Shown here: positions 40,339-50,060 of the stretch, in pieces
How positions within the stretch are numbered: the first letter of the stretch is position 1
Layout: each line of letters starts with the position of its first letter
Assembly: GCA_965207225.1 (NCBI GenBank)
Contig: CBDBLV010000005.1
Span: 1,120,001-1,184,000, forward strand
Direction: 5' to 3'
DNA from: Dehalococcoidia bacterium
GTDB taxonomy: Bacteria; Chloroflexota; Dehalococcoidia; Plut-88900
DNA: 64,000 nucleotides
Notes under the pieces: model-generated
Seen by the model: only the letters and a program-made list of their open reading frames with translations
What the model was told of the DNA's origin: nothing
The model's database searches: none
Translations under genes and position numbers: made by a program

Positions 40339-41658
40339 TTATTTGAAGGTTATCTGGATGGCTAGGAGGGACTCGTCGGGCTCACGGCGCATTACGACGT
40401 CGACCTCCCTACCCGCAACATCGTCTTCGGTGATGTCGCTGGGGAGGGTGCCGGACAGGGCTGCGTCGCCGATGATCTCGGTCTCGAAATCAATGAGGGA
40501 GAAGGTGCGGCCTGCGACTACCCACTCGATGGAGGTGGTGGTAAGGCCTGCCTCGAAGACGGAGACCACCTCAGCGCTTTCAACCGTGCCCGATACGTCC
40601 TGGATAAACCCGCTGCGGCGTTCACAGTCCCATATCAGCTGGGTGACTCTCTCCGTGGAGTAGTCCTCAACAAGGGACTCGCCGTCCACGACGGCGTCAG
40701 ACGTTTGCTCGAGGGAAGACATGCTGTCTGCGCCCGGGAAGAGTGGCGGAAGCTCGCCGTCCAGCCGCCCCTCGAAGTTGTTCAGGTAGCGCCACAGCTC
40801 GGAGTCAGCGTCAAGGACCAAGGTGTCCTGATCGGAAAGGGCCTTGGAGTAGGCCTCCAGGCTGCGCTGGAAGTTGTAGAACTCGGGGTCCTTGTTAAAG
40901 GCGCTGGCGAAGATCTTCACCGCAACGGACTCACCGCAACCACGGATGATGTCGGAGTCACGCATTGCGTTGGCGATGGTGATTGTGCGGGTCCTGTCTG
41001 CGGAGGCCCGGATCCTGAAGTCGAACTCGGACCCTTCCGCTCGGAAGAGAGCGGCTTCCTGCTGACGTTCAGCGTTCATCCTCTGGAAGATGCTCTGCTG
41101 AATGGTCTCGGTAAAGTCCGCCCTCTTGATCCTGACGTCGATAATTTCGACGCCGATGTCCTGGGCGCTCTGTTTACTTATGTCGGTCACAGCCTGCACG
41201 ATGGTAGGCACGCCGTTGATTTCGCCGGTGCGCCTCTGATTGATGATGATGTCCGACTGGTTGTAGGAAGCGATCTGCTTCTTCAGTTCACCAGAGATGA
41301 TGTCCCGGAGGCGGGCATCGGCGCCGGCTTCGTTGATGACCGTTTCGAAGAACTTCCTGGGCTCGGTAATCTTGTACCGGGCATAGGCATCAATGATGAG
41401 GTTCTTCTTGTCGAGGGTAATCAGCGTCTCGGGGGGCGCATCGAAGCGAAGGAGGCGCTTTTCGTACTTGGTGACGGTCTCTATGAACGGGATCTTGGTC
41501 TTAAGACCGGGGTCCCGCACCTCTCTGTTGAATTCTCCGAACCGGAGGACCAAGGCCTGGTTGGTCTCGTCCACGGTATAGAGAAACTGGGGTATCACAA
41601 TCACCGCAATGATGATCAGTACTACCAGTCCAATTGCGTATTTTAGGCCCTTAGGCAT
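40339..41658 (-). CDS. hflC: Protease modulator HflC with C-terminal extension
   Basis: TM anchor, SPFH domain, RMNAER and DPEFY.F.RSLEAY motifs. Confidence 0.92.
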   Translation of the reverse strand: MPKGLKYAIGLVVLIIIAVIVIPQFLYTVDETNQALVLRFGEFNREVRDPGLKTKIPFIETVTKYEKRLLRFDAPPETLITLDKKNLIIDAYARYKITEPRKFFETVINEAGADARLRDIISGELKKQIASYNQSDIIINQRRTGEINGVPTIVQAVTDISKQSAQDIGVEIIDVRIKRADFTETIQQSIFQRMNAERQQEAALFRAEGSEFDFRIRASADRTRTITIANAMRDSDIIRGCGESVAVKIFASAFNKDPEFYNFQRSLEAYSKALSDQDTLVLDADSELWRYLNNFEGRLDGELPPLFPGADSMSSLEQTSDAVVDGESLVEDYSTERVTQLIWDCERRSGFIQDVSGTVESAEVVSVFEAGLTTTSIEWVVAGRTFSLIDFETEIIGDAALSGTLPSDITEDDVAGREVDVVMRREPDESLLAIQITFK

Positions 41659-41690
41659 TGACTCGAGCTCCTGTTTATTTGCTGCAGCGC

Positions 41691-42827
41691 TTACTGCTGG
41701 GTGGTGGTCTCCGCCGCGGCCGCATTAGTAGCTGTCTGGTCGTTGGACGCTCCACCCAGGTTAAGGATGGGCAGGACTTCTTCGCCGCCGCCTTCGGAAG
41801 TGAGGAGGAAGTCATTGGTTTCAGCCAAGACCTGCTCCACGGTTTCGAGGTAGAGGCGGTAGCGGGTTACGAGCGGGGCCTGGCGGTACTCGGTGAGGAT
41901 GGCTTCGAACTCGGCGGCCTTACCAAGGGCCTCCGCCACCCGAGCCCTCTGGGAGGCCTCGGCGTTGAGGACGATCTGCTCGGCTTCACCACGGGCCTTC
42001 GGGACAATGTCGTTTCTGTAGGCCTCGGCCTGGTTGATCAGGCGCACTCTGTCCTCACGGGCTGCCACCACATCGTCAAACGCGGCCTGGACCTGGCTGG
42101 GCGGGTCTACGGACTGGATCTGGACACGTACGATTTCCAGACCGGTGCCGTAGAGGGTCATGAGGTCGGTAAGTATGTCCTGGACTTCGGCTTCGATGAG
42201 GCTTCGCTCTTCGGTAAGGACTTCATCAAGGGAGCCTTCGCCAACGACCTGTCTAAGTGCGGTCTCGGCGGCGTCCCTGAGGGTGACCTGGTCGGGTGAG
42301 CCGTTGGGGTCGAACACGTTAAACAGGAAGGCGGATGCGCCTCTGTCCCGACGCGGTACGAGGGCGTCCGATTCGATCTGGGTAGTGCCGACAGAACCGG
42401 GGTTGATCCGGGCCTGGATGGCCATCTTCACGTCGACGAGGTTTTCGTCACCGGTGAGCATGAGGGACTCGACGGGGAAGGGGGTGATGGTGGCGGGGGG
42501 TCCGGGGTCGACCACTCGGAACCCGACTTCCAGCCGCCTGATTTCTTCCACTCTGACTTTGTCTACCCGCTCTATGGGTGCGGGCCAGTGCCAATGCAGT
42601 CCGGGGTTGGTCTGGCCGACTTCCTGGCCGAACCGCCTGACTATTCCCAACTGTCCGGTGTCAACCTGGTAGATGCCGGTGCCGAGCCAGATCACGAGGA
42701 TCAGGCCGATCACCAAGAGCACCATAACGAGGCCCAGGCCCCTGAAGCGCCTGGAAATGTTGCGGGCGGCGGGGCCGAACGCGTCTAGCATCCGGTCGAA
42801 ATCGCCCCCGCCTGGTCTTCGGGCCAT
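41691..42827 (-). CDS. hflK: Protease modulator HflK
   Basis: MLTGDEN, AFDDV, PKARGEA and RLYLET motifs. Confidence 0.94.
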   Translation of the reverse strand: MARRPGGGDFDRMLDAFGPAARNISRRFRGLGLVMVLLVIGLILVIWLGTGIYQVDTGQLGIVRRFGQEVGQTNPGLHWHWPAPIERVDKVRVEEIRRLEVGFRVVDPGPPATITPFPVESLMLTGDENLVDVKMAIQARINPGSVGTTQIESDALVPRRDRGASAFLFNVFDPNGSPDQVTLRDAAETALRQVVGEGSLDEVLTEERSLIEAEVQDILTDLMTLYGTGLEIVRVQIQSVDPPSQVQAAFDDVVAAREDRVRLINQAEAYRNDIVPKARGEAEQIVLNAEASQRARVAEALGKAAEFEAILTEYRQAPLVTRYRLYLETVEQVLAETNDFLLTSEGGGEEVLPILNLGGASNDQTATNAAAAETTTQQ

Positions 42828-42894
42828 ATCTTTTCTCCTGGTTCCTTGAGGCTTTCGGGCTAGATGGGTTTGTTTCTAAGAGAAGGCTGGAAGA

Positions 42895-43248
42895 TCAGGA
42901 CCCGTTTCTGGCCGGGTCATGGTCACCGTCGTCATCATTGAGGATGCGATATTCGCCTTCGGTGACCTTATCGCCTTCCTTGAGGCTGGACCCCCAGATG
43001 GCTTCGCGGTGCTCTCGTACGATTGCGGGCGGCGAGAGGCGGACGAAGATCAGGGAGGCGATGGCGATGATGATAAAGTCTTCGAGGCGGCCTACGACAG
43101 GGATGAAGTCCTTAAGAAGGTCGAAGGGAAGGGCCAGGTAACCCAGGGACATGGGTATGGCCAGCTTGAGCATCAGGGGGACGCGCTGGTCCCAGAAGAG
43201 GCGCCAGACCAGCCTGAAATTCTTGACTATATCCAGAATTCTGCGCAT
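42895..43248 (-). CDS. YkvA / DUF1232 membrane protein
   Basis: Y...PFDLLKDFIPVVG.LED motif. Confidence 0.85.
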   Translation of the reverse strand: MRRILDIVKNFRLVWRLFWDQRVPLMLKLAIPMSLGYLALPFDLLKDFIPVVGRLEDFIIIAIASLIFVRLSPPAIVREHREAIWGSSLKEGDKVTEGEYRILNDDDGDHDPARNGS

Positions 43249-43360
43249 CGGCTCGAAAGTGAATTATTGCACGGAGCGTTTCATATGACAAGGCAAGCCG
43301 CGTCCGACCACGGCATAGGATTTAACAAATCTGCGTCCAAGAAGTTACCCCCGGCTCCCC

Positions 43361-44098
43361 TCACCCGCCCAGGTGCTTTCTGAAGAACTTTCGGGTCCGG
43401 TCCCAGGCGTCTCGGGCGTCTGATTCGCTGTAGATGTCGGGCTGGGTGTCGTTGAAGAAGGCGTGATGGGCGTTGGCATAGGACTTGACCTCGCCCTCCT
43501 TTCCCGCCGCTTTCATGGCTTCCCGGAGCCTGTTTGCGTGCTCGACGGTAATCCACTCATCGAGGCCGGCGTGGACGAAGAACAGGGGACACGACATTTG
43601 AGGGACCATTTCAATGGGGTTGACTGGACTGTTCTCACTGGGTTCGTCGTTGACTATCTGGCCGTAGAAGGCCGCGGCCGCGCCGATGCCAGTGTCACCG
43701 CAGGCCATGAGCAAGGCATAGCTCCCGCCGAGACAGAAGCCGACGGCGCCTATCCTGTCGGGGTGGGCGTTTTCGAAGGACTTCAGGTAGTCGACGCCGC
43801 CTTTCAGGTAGCGCATGGCGGTATCGTAGCGAAGGTCTTCGGCGAGTTTGGCGGCTTCGTCGGCGTCCTTAGTGACGACGTGGCCTGCGTAGGTGTAGAG
43901 GTCGGGGGCGAGGGCTGCGTAGCCCTCACGGGCGACTCTATCCGTGACGTCCTTGATGTGGGCGTCGACGCCCCACCACTCCTGGATGACGATCATGCCG
44001 GGGTGGGGTCCCGGGGAGGAGGGTCGGGCGAGGTAGGCGGTGACTTCCTCACCCTGGGACTGGTATGACACTGTGGAAGTGGTGATATCCTGGGCCAT
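43361..44098 (-). CDS. Dienelactone hydrolase family protein
   Basis: QEWWG, GFCLGG and HAFFND motifs. Confidence 0.93.
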   Translation of the reverse strand: MAQDITTSTVSYQSQGEEVTAYLARPSSPGPHPGMIVIQEWWGVDAHIKDVTDRVAREGYAALAPDLYTYAGHVVTKDADEAAKLAEDLRYDTAMRYLKGGVDYLKSFENAHPDRIGAVGFCLGGSYALLMACGDTGIGAAAAFYGQIVNDEPSENSPVNPIEMVPQMSCPLFFVHAGLDEWITVEHANRLREAMKAAGKEGEVKSYANAHHAFFNDTQPDIYSESDARDAWDRTRKFFRKHLGG

Positions 44099-44217
44099 TG
44101 CCGTTGCGCCTGGCGGCAAGTATCCTAGACCACTGTTGCGGCTACGCATATTACGCCAAGGCGACCTTTTGTCAAGCCTGCCAAGATGCGGGCCAGAGTC
44201 GCCGGTTTGGGAAGCAG

Positions 44218-44595
44218 ATGATCGAGCTAAAGGGGCTGGACCATTTCGGGATAGAGGTTAGCGACATGGAGCGCAGCCTCGCCTTTTACACAAGCACGCT
44301 GGGGATGGAGTTCCAGGCACGGTTCGGGACGATGTCACTGATGAGATGTGGGGACAATGAGCTGGCGCTGTTCGAGCGGGCCGACCTCCCACCGAAATCG
44401 ATGGAGTTGACGGAGCCTCGGGGCAGGGGGCATTGGGCGTTCCGGGTTGGGGAGAATGATTTCGCTCGGGCGCAGGAGCGGTTTCCGGCAGAGGGGATCC
44501 CTGTGCACGGGCCGGTGGACTGGGGAGACCACGGGTGCTATTACTTCCTGGACCCCGACGGCAACCTACTAGAGCTGATCTGCTACCCCGAGTAG
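44218..44595 (+). CDS. VOC/glyoxalase family protein
   Basis: LDHFGI, HWAF and DPDGNLLE motifs. Confidence 0.9.
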   Translation: MIELKGLDHFGIEVSDMERSLAFYTSTLGMEFQARFGTMSLMRCGDNELALFERADLPPKSMELTEPRGRGHWAFRVGENDFARAQERFPAEGIPVHGPVDWGDHGCYYFLDPDGNLLELICYPE

Positions 44596-44611
44596 CGACC
44601 CATTTACCCTT

Positions 44612-46102
44612 ATGGCATCTGAGTCTTTTGATTGGCGTCGGGCGCACGGAGACAAAGTGGTGGAGGCGGAGGAGGCTGCCCGGTTCGTGAAGTCGAGGGA
44701 CGTAGTGCTGATTACGCGGCACCCCCCGCCCCGACACCTGCTGAACGCCCTGGCCGCACGCAGAGATGAGCTTTCGGAGGTTGTGATACGGGGGGTCTCA
44801 CCCGCCTTTGATCCGGGATGGTTCCAGGAGGGGTGGCAGGACTCTTTCCTCCCCATCCCGGAGACATTCCTGGGCCCCGTGGCCCGACCGGCCCTGGACG
44901 AGCGGCGCATAGACTACCTGCCGGCGCCCTTTTCGCTGCTGATCAAGCCGCAGCGTGAGCGGCCGGAGGAGAGTCGAAGGGTGGACGTATTGCTGACGGT
45001 GGTGTCGGCGCCGGACAGGAATGGGTTTTGCAGCTTCGGGTCGGACCTGTGGGGGAAACGGCAGTCGGCGAAATATGCCCGGAAGGTGATTGCGCAGGTC
45101 AACGAGAGCAGCATCCGCACGTTCGGGCAGAACTATATCCACGTGTCGGAGATCGACCACCTTGTCGACTACACGCCGCCCGTTCTATCCACCGAAGAGA
45201 CCGAGGCCATTATCAACCAGGGCGTGGACGACGAGGCCAAGTCGGAACTGAGGAACATTGCCAGTGCGCTGCCGAGGGAGAGGCTGGCGGAGGTGCTGCC
45301 CATGCTGGTGGTGCGTCGGGCGGGCCAGATAAGGGAGTTTGGTCGGGCGAGGGGGCTCGATAGGCCGGCGGAGGACGTGCGGCGCATCGGGGAGTATTTG
45401 TCAGAGATCATACGGGACGGGGACACGATACAGATAGGGATCGGGACACCCAGCGCGTACATGCCGCAGCTGGGGGTGTTCGATGAGAAGAAGGACCTCG
45501 GGTGGCATTCGGAGATGGGGGCGCCGGGGGTGATAGACCTGATCAGGAAGGGCGTAATCACGGGGAACCGGAAGACGATGAACCGGGGCAAGGCGGTGTT
45601 CACGGGCATGGACGGTTGCAAGGCCGACGAAATAGCCTGGGCCGAAGATAACCCCCTGATTGAGCTCCACGACTCGATAGAAGTGCTGAAGATGACCAAC
45701 ATCGCGGCCCACGACAACATGACGTCCATCAATAACGCCCTCTCAATAGACCTGACGGGGCAGATAAACTCGGAGACGGTGTTCGGGGCGCGGCTGTACA
45801 ACGGGACGGGGGGTCAGCCGGAGTTTCACATGGGGTCGGTGATGGCAAGGGGGGGTCGGGCGATCACGCTGTTGCGGTCGACGGCGGTGGGTGGGGCGGT
45901 GTCACGGATAGTGGCGCACCACGAGGAGGGGGCGGTGATTACGATACCGCGGACCTTTGCGGATATCGTGATTACGGAGTATGGGGTGGCGCGGCTATTG
46001 GGGAAGTCGATAAGGGAGAGGGCTCGGGAGCTGGTGGCTATTGCGCATCCGGATTTTCGGGGGGAGCTGGGGGAGGCGGCGAGGAGGATGTTCTGGCCGT
46101 AG
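44612..46102 (+). CDS. Acetyl-CoA hydrolase/transferase family protein (4-hydroxybutyrate CoA-transferase-like)
   Basis: DGDTIQIGIG, HSEM (catalytic Glu), DLTGQ, GTGGQ, TEYG and IAHPDFR motifs. Confidence 0.9.
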   Translation: MASESFDWRRAHGDKVVEAEEAARFVKSRDVVLITRHPPPRHLLNALAARRDELSEVVIRGVSPAFDPGWFQEGWQDSFLPIPETFLGPVARPALDERRIDYLPAPFSLLIKPQRERPEESRRVDVLLTVVSAPDRNGFCSFGSDLWGKRQSAKYARKVIAQVNESSIRTFGQNYIHVSEIDHLVDYTPPVLSTEETEAIINQGVDDEAKSELRNIASALPRERLAEVLPMLVVRRAGQIREFGRARGLDRPAEDVRRIGEYLSEIIRDGDTIQIGIGTPSAYMPQLGVFDEKKDLGWHSEMGAPGVIDLIRKGVITGNRKTMNRGKAVFTGMDGCKADEIAWAEDNPLIELHDSIEVLKMTNIAAHDNMTSINNALSIDLTGQINSETVFGARLYNGTGGQPEFHMGSVMARGGRAITLLRSTAVGGAVSRIVAHHEEGAVITIPRTFADIVITEYGVARLLGKSIRERARELVAIAHPDFRGELGEAARRMFWP

Positions 46103-46238
46103 GGTCACGGTTGTCGCCCACACCCGATCGCGAATCCTTAGGTTGGGCCGCTTGCTCTGGGTGTCTCAAGGGGCTGAGGGTGGGGAGATGGCACTCGTGC
46201 AAGCCAGCACTTCCCGCAGCCTAAACTGACGGGGTTTT

Positions 46239-46448
46239 TCAAGCGTTGTCAAAATCCCGTCGGTCTATACCTAAATCCCTTCGAATTCCGTGGACGGTGC
46301 CTGTAGCCAGGTCTCGATTGCCGTGCCTTGGAATCGTCGTTTCCCGGTTATTGTCCAGATTGATCCAGATTTCGTGGGAACCCCCCGCCTGTCGGTCGAA
46401 GGCGCAGCCAAGCCTTTTGAGTTTCCTAACCAGTTCTCTGTAGGTCAT
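46239..46448 (-). CDS. hicA: HicA toxin
   Basis: GGSHEIW...IPRH...GT motif. Confidence 0.9.
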   Translation of the reverse strand: MTYRELVRKLKRLGCAFDRQAGGSHEIWINLDNNRETTIPRHGNRDLATGTVHGIRRDLGIDRRDFDNA

Positions 46449-46690
46449 ACCGCAACAGAGATACTGCCCTCTCCTGTAGGGGAGCGGACTATCCCTGCCG
46501 GCAGCGTCTTTCCCCTGTCCTTGTAAGAGAGGATGAACTGCTCAGCCACCGTATAGAGCTCTGCCAGCGCCTCGTTTGCTTTTTCTCCCCACGCCCGACA
46601 GCCTGGCAGTTCCGGTACCTCCGCCATATACATCCACCCCTGGTCTTCGCAGGGTTCGTGCAACACGTAGTCCAGTTGGTATAGCTCCAT
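46445..46690 (-). CDS. hicB: Short HicB antitoxin
   Basis: YMAEVPELPGC.AWGE...EA motif; lies upstream of hicA. Confidence 0.88.
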   Translation of the reverse strand: MELYQLDYVLHEPCEDQGWMYMAEVPELPGCRAWGEKANEALAELYTVAEQFILSYKDRGKTLPAGIVRSPTGEGSISVAV

Positions 46691-46879
46691 ACCATTCTCC
46701 TTAAGGCCTCGCTCCACCTCAATCTCCGCTGATCAGCTGCCCGTCAAGCCTACCCGAAGGCTTATTCCCATCCGAGTATAAGACCCGCCGGCACGTCAGT
46801 TCAAACAAACCGTTACCCCCTAGCCACTCGGCCCCTGTCGTACTAAAATCTAGCGGCTTTTGGCCGACACGCACGCGCC

Positions 46880-47863
46880 ATGGAACAGCACGCCATACAT
46901 ACGGAGGGGATAGTCCGCGACTACGGCGGCGTTCGCGCTGTCGATGGGATCAACCTGTCCGTATCTGAAGGGGAGATTTACGCGTTCCTGGGGCCGAACG
47001 GGGCGGGGAAGACGACGCTGGTGAGGATGCTGACGACGCTGTTGATGCCTACGGAGGGTCGGGCGACGGTAGCGGGGCACGACATAGTCTCGGAGGCGAG
47101 GGAGGTGCGGCTGCTGATAGGGGCGGCATTGCAGGACGCATCCCTGGACAACAAGCAGACGGGCCGGGAGCTTATCAAGCTACAGGGTCGGCTGTACGGG
47201 CTGTCGGGGAAGCAGGTCGACATGCGGATCAAAGCGTTGGAGCCGTTGATGGACATAGGCGATGCAATCGACCGGCTTATCGGGGGCTACTCGGGGGGGA
47301 TGAAGCGGAGATTGGACCTGGCGACGGCACTGGTACACAACCCAAAGGTGTTATTCCTGGACGAGCCGACTACGGGCCTGGACCCCGTGGGTCGGGCGCG
47401 GGTGTGGGAGGAAGTGAAGAGCATCAACAAGGACCTGGGGGTGACTATCTTCCTGACCACGCACTACCTTGAGGAAGCCGACAGCCTGGCGCAGAGGGTC
47501 GGGATCATCAACCTGGGCAAGCTGGTGGCGGAAGGGACGCCGGCGGAACTGAAGCGGACCATCGGGACAGACATTATTGTGGCGACGATAGAGGGGGACT
47601 CGGCGATTGCGGCCCGGGCTCTGAGGATGGTGGCCCAAGTAGAGCAAGTGGATATTTACGACGACGTTCTAAGTATCGGGGTGACGAACGGGGTGGAGGC
47701 GATGAGCGACGTGGCACTGGCATTGAGCAGGACCGGGGCCCGGGTGAAGGAGCTGACGCTGCGTACTCCTACCCTGGACGACGTGTTTTTACAGGCTACT
47801 GGCAATCGCCTGGACGCCGATTCCTTTAGCTCCCTCTCCATTGACGGGAGGGCGTCAGGATGA
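46880..47863 (+). CDS. ABC-2 exporter ATPase (DrrA-like)
   Basis: GPNGAGKT, YSGGM, LDEPT and PTLDDVFL motifs. Confidence 0.93.
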   Translation: MEQHAIHTEGIVRDYGGVRAVDGINLSVSEGEIYAFLGPNGAGKTTLVRMLTTLLMPTEGRATVAGHDIVSEAREVRLLIGAALQDASLDNKQTGRELIKLQGRLYGLSGKQVDMRIKALEPLMDIGDAIDRLIGGYSGGMKRRLDLATALVHNPKVLFLDEPTTGLDPVGRARVWEEVKSINKDLGVTIFLTTHYLEEADSLAQRVGIINLGKLVAEGTPAELKRTIGTDIIVATIEGDSAIAARALRMVAQVEQVDIYDDVLSIGVTNGVEAMSDVALALSRTGARVKELTLRTPTLDDVFLQATGNRLDADSFSSLSIDGRASG

Positions 47864-47879
47864 AGGTGAAGCAGAGCTA

Positions 47880-48683
47880 ATGGCCACACTAGCTGATCCG
47901 AGCACTCAGATACAGGCGCGAAAGGCGGGTTTTGTCAACGAGGTTGCCGCCGTGGCGCGTCGGGCGCTGCGTTCCACGAAGCGGGACACGGAGAGCGTTA
48001 TCCCGGCGCTTATCATTCCGGTGTTCTTCTTCATTGTTAACGTCGGGGCGCTGCAGGATTTGGCGGAGACGCTGCCGGGCCTAGACTACAAGGCGTTCCA
48101 GCTTCCGGTGGCGATCATATTCGCTGTGACGGGGATTTCCCGGGCCGTGACCCTGGTGCTGGACATACAGTCTGGGTACTTTGACCGGCTGTCTCTCACG
48201 CCGGTGAACCGGCTGGCTTTGCTGTTCGGGTTGATGGTGGCGGACTTTGTGCTAGTAGTGGCGCTTACGCTGCCCGTGGTTGCGCTGGGGTTCATAGTCG
48301 GTGTGAGATTTGAAAGCGGGCCGGTGGGGGTAATCGTCTTCATACTGATCTCGGGGGTCTGGGGTCTGGTGTACACGGGGTTCCCATACGCAATCGCATT
48401 CAAGACAGGGAACCCTGCTGCGGTAAACACATCGTTCCTGCTTTTCTTCCCCTTCGCCTTTCTCACGACGGCGTTTCTGCCGAAGGACGCCATGACGGGA
48501 TGGCTGTCCGCCGTTGCCACCTATAATCCCGTGACGTATCTGCTGGAGGGGCTAAGGTCATTGCTGCTGGTCGGGTGGGACGTGGAGGCGCTCTTAAAGG
48601 GGCTAGCGGCGGTGCTGGGGGTGGGGGTGGTGAGCATGACACTGGCGCTACTGGCGCTACGAGGGCGGACACTGCGGCGGTGA
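47880..48683 (+). CDS. ABC-2 exporter permease (DrrB-like)
   Basis: About six hydrophobic segments; NPVTY motif. Confidence 0.9.
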   Translation: MATLADPSTQIQARKAGFVNEVAAVARRALRSTKRDTESVIPALIIPVFFFIVNVGALQDLAETLPGLDYKAFQLPVAIIFAVTGISRAVTLVLDIQSGYFDRLSLTPVNRLALLFGLMVADFVLVVALTLPVVALGFIVGVRFESGPVGVIVFILISGVWGLVYTGFPYAIAFKTGNPAAVNTSFLLFFPFAFLTTAFLPKDAMTGWLSAVATYNPVTYLLEGLRSLLLVGWDVEALLKGLAAVLGVGVVSMTLALLALRGRTLRR

Positions 48684-48752
48684 AAATTGCCGTTTCCTTA
48701 TCAGCCCGGTATCACGTAATATAGCCCGAGCCCTCTCCAAGGAGCCGCAGAT

Positions 48753-49559
48753 TTGAACAAGCTCGACTATTCGGCGGTCGACCTACCGATTATCCGCCAC
48801 TACATGTTCTATCCTCGACCCGATTCCTCTCCCCCGTCCAATGGGGCAGTCGACCACTTTTACTCAGCGCATGACGGGGTCGAGCTGTGCGGTCGATTTT
48901 ATCCGGAGGACAAGGGAAGCCCCACCATACTGTTCTTTCATGGGAACGGAGAGGTAGCGCCGGAGTATGACGGCATCTCGTCGCTGTACAACCATATCGG
49001 GTTGAACCTGTTTGTGGCCGATTACCGGGGCTACGGGAAAAGCCACGGGGAGCCGTCAATATGCGCATTGGCGGAAGACAGCTACACAACGCTGACCACG
49101 TTGGAAAAGATGCTCAGGGAGCAGGGATACAACTCCTCCATTTACGTCATGGGGAGGTCGCTCGGGGCGTATTGCGCGGTGGAGATTGCGGCGGGGGCGC
49201 GGGAAAGCATCAAGGGAATCATCCTTGAAAGCGGCTCGGCGAATGTCGGGGGGATGCCTACGAGACTTGGCATCGCGAATAGACCTGACATCGCCAAGCT
49301 CATTCAGGAGCACTGGGACCGGGTCAAGGGAATCGAAACCCCCCTGCTTACGATCCACGGGGACCGGGACGACCTGGTGCCCATCTCCCATGCCGAGGAG
49401 CTCTACGATGCCATGGCCTCAAAAGACAAGACGTTCTTCACGATTCCCGGCGCGGGCCACAACGACATCATGTACGTGGACACGGACGGATACTTCCAGG
49501 CAATCCGGGACTTCGTGAGGCGGATAGAGGGCGTCAACTCTTCTTCCCTTCACGCATAG
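48753..49559 (+). CDS. Alpha/beta hydrolase
   Basis: FHGNG, DYRGYG, GRSLG, HG..D and GHND motifs. Confidence 0.92.
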   Translation: MNKLDYSAVDLPIIRHYMFYPRPDSSPPSNGAVDHFYSAHDGVELCGRFYPEDKGSPTILFFHGNGEVAPEYDGISSLYNHIGLNLFVADYRGYGKSHGEPSICALAEDSYTTLTTLEKMLREQGYNSSIYVMGRSLGAYCAVEIAAGARESIKGIILESGSANVGGMPTRLGIANRPDIAKLIQEHWDRVKGIETPLLTIHGDRDDLVPISHAEELYDAMASKDKTFFTIPGAGHNDIMYVDTDGYFQAIRDFVRRIEGVNSSSLHA

Positions 49560-49998
49560 TAACCAGCTCTTTGATGATCCTGTTCACGTGCCGGCCTATC
49601 CCCACAACGATATATTCGTTGGCTGAGCGGATAACGCCCTCTTCATCGATCAGGTAGGTCGTCCTGAAACCTCCCAGGACCCGCATGGACTGGTAAGCAT
49701 TCCTTATCTTTCTGTCGGGATCCGAAAGGAGTATGGCCTCAAGGCCGAGGTCTTCCCGGAATCGGGCGTTGACCTCGGGCTTGTCGGGGCTGACACCAGC
49801 GACGAGGGCGTTGTGCTGTTTGAAGGCTTCTACTGCATCACGGAAGCCCTTAGCCTGGATGCGTCAGAGGAGGCCGTAGGCGCCGTTGTAGAAGTAGAGG
49901 ACCACCGGCTGACTGCCGAGGTTATCGCTGAGTCTGAACTTCTCTCCGTCGTGGCGCACGGCCTCGAAGTCCGGGGCCTTTGTTCCTACCTTTAACAT
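49534..49998 (-). CDS. BCP/PrxQ-like peroxiredoxin B, probable selenoprotein (UGA at codon 45)
   Basis: [11 protein letters not shown]...[25 protein letters not shown]...GVSPD...LLSDPD...RTTYLID; frame open across TGA 49864-49866; GGAGG RBS. Confidence 0.85.
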
Positions 49999-50060
49999 TC
50001 CAACCTCCCGTCTAACTCGTGTTCGTCAATCTTGCACAGTCGCTTGTGTACATCTGGCGA

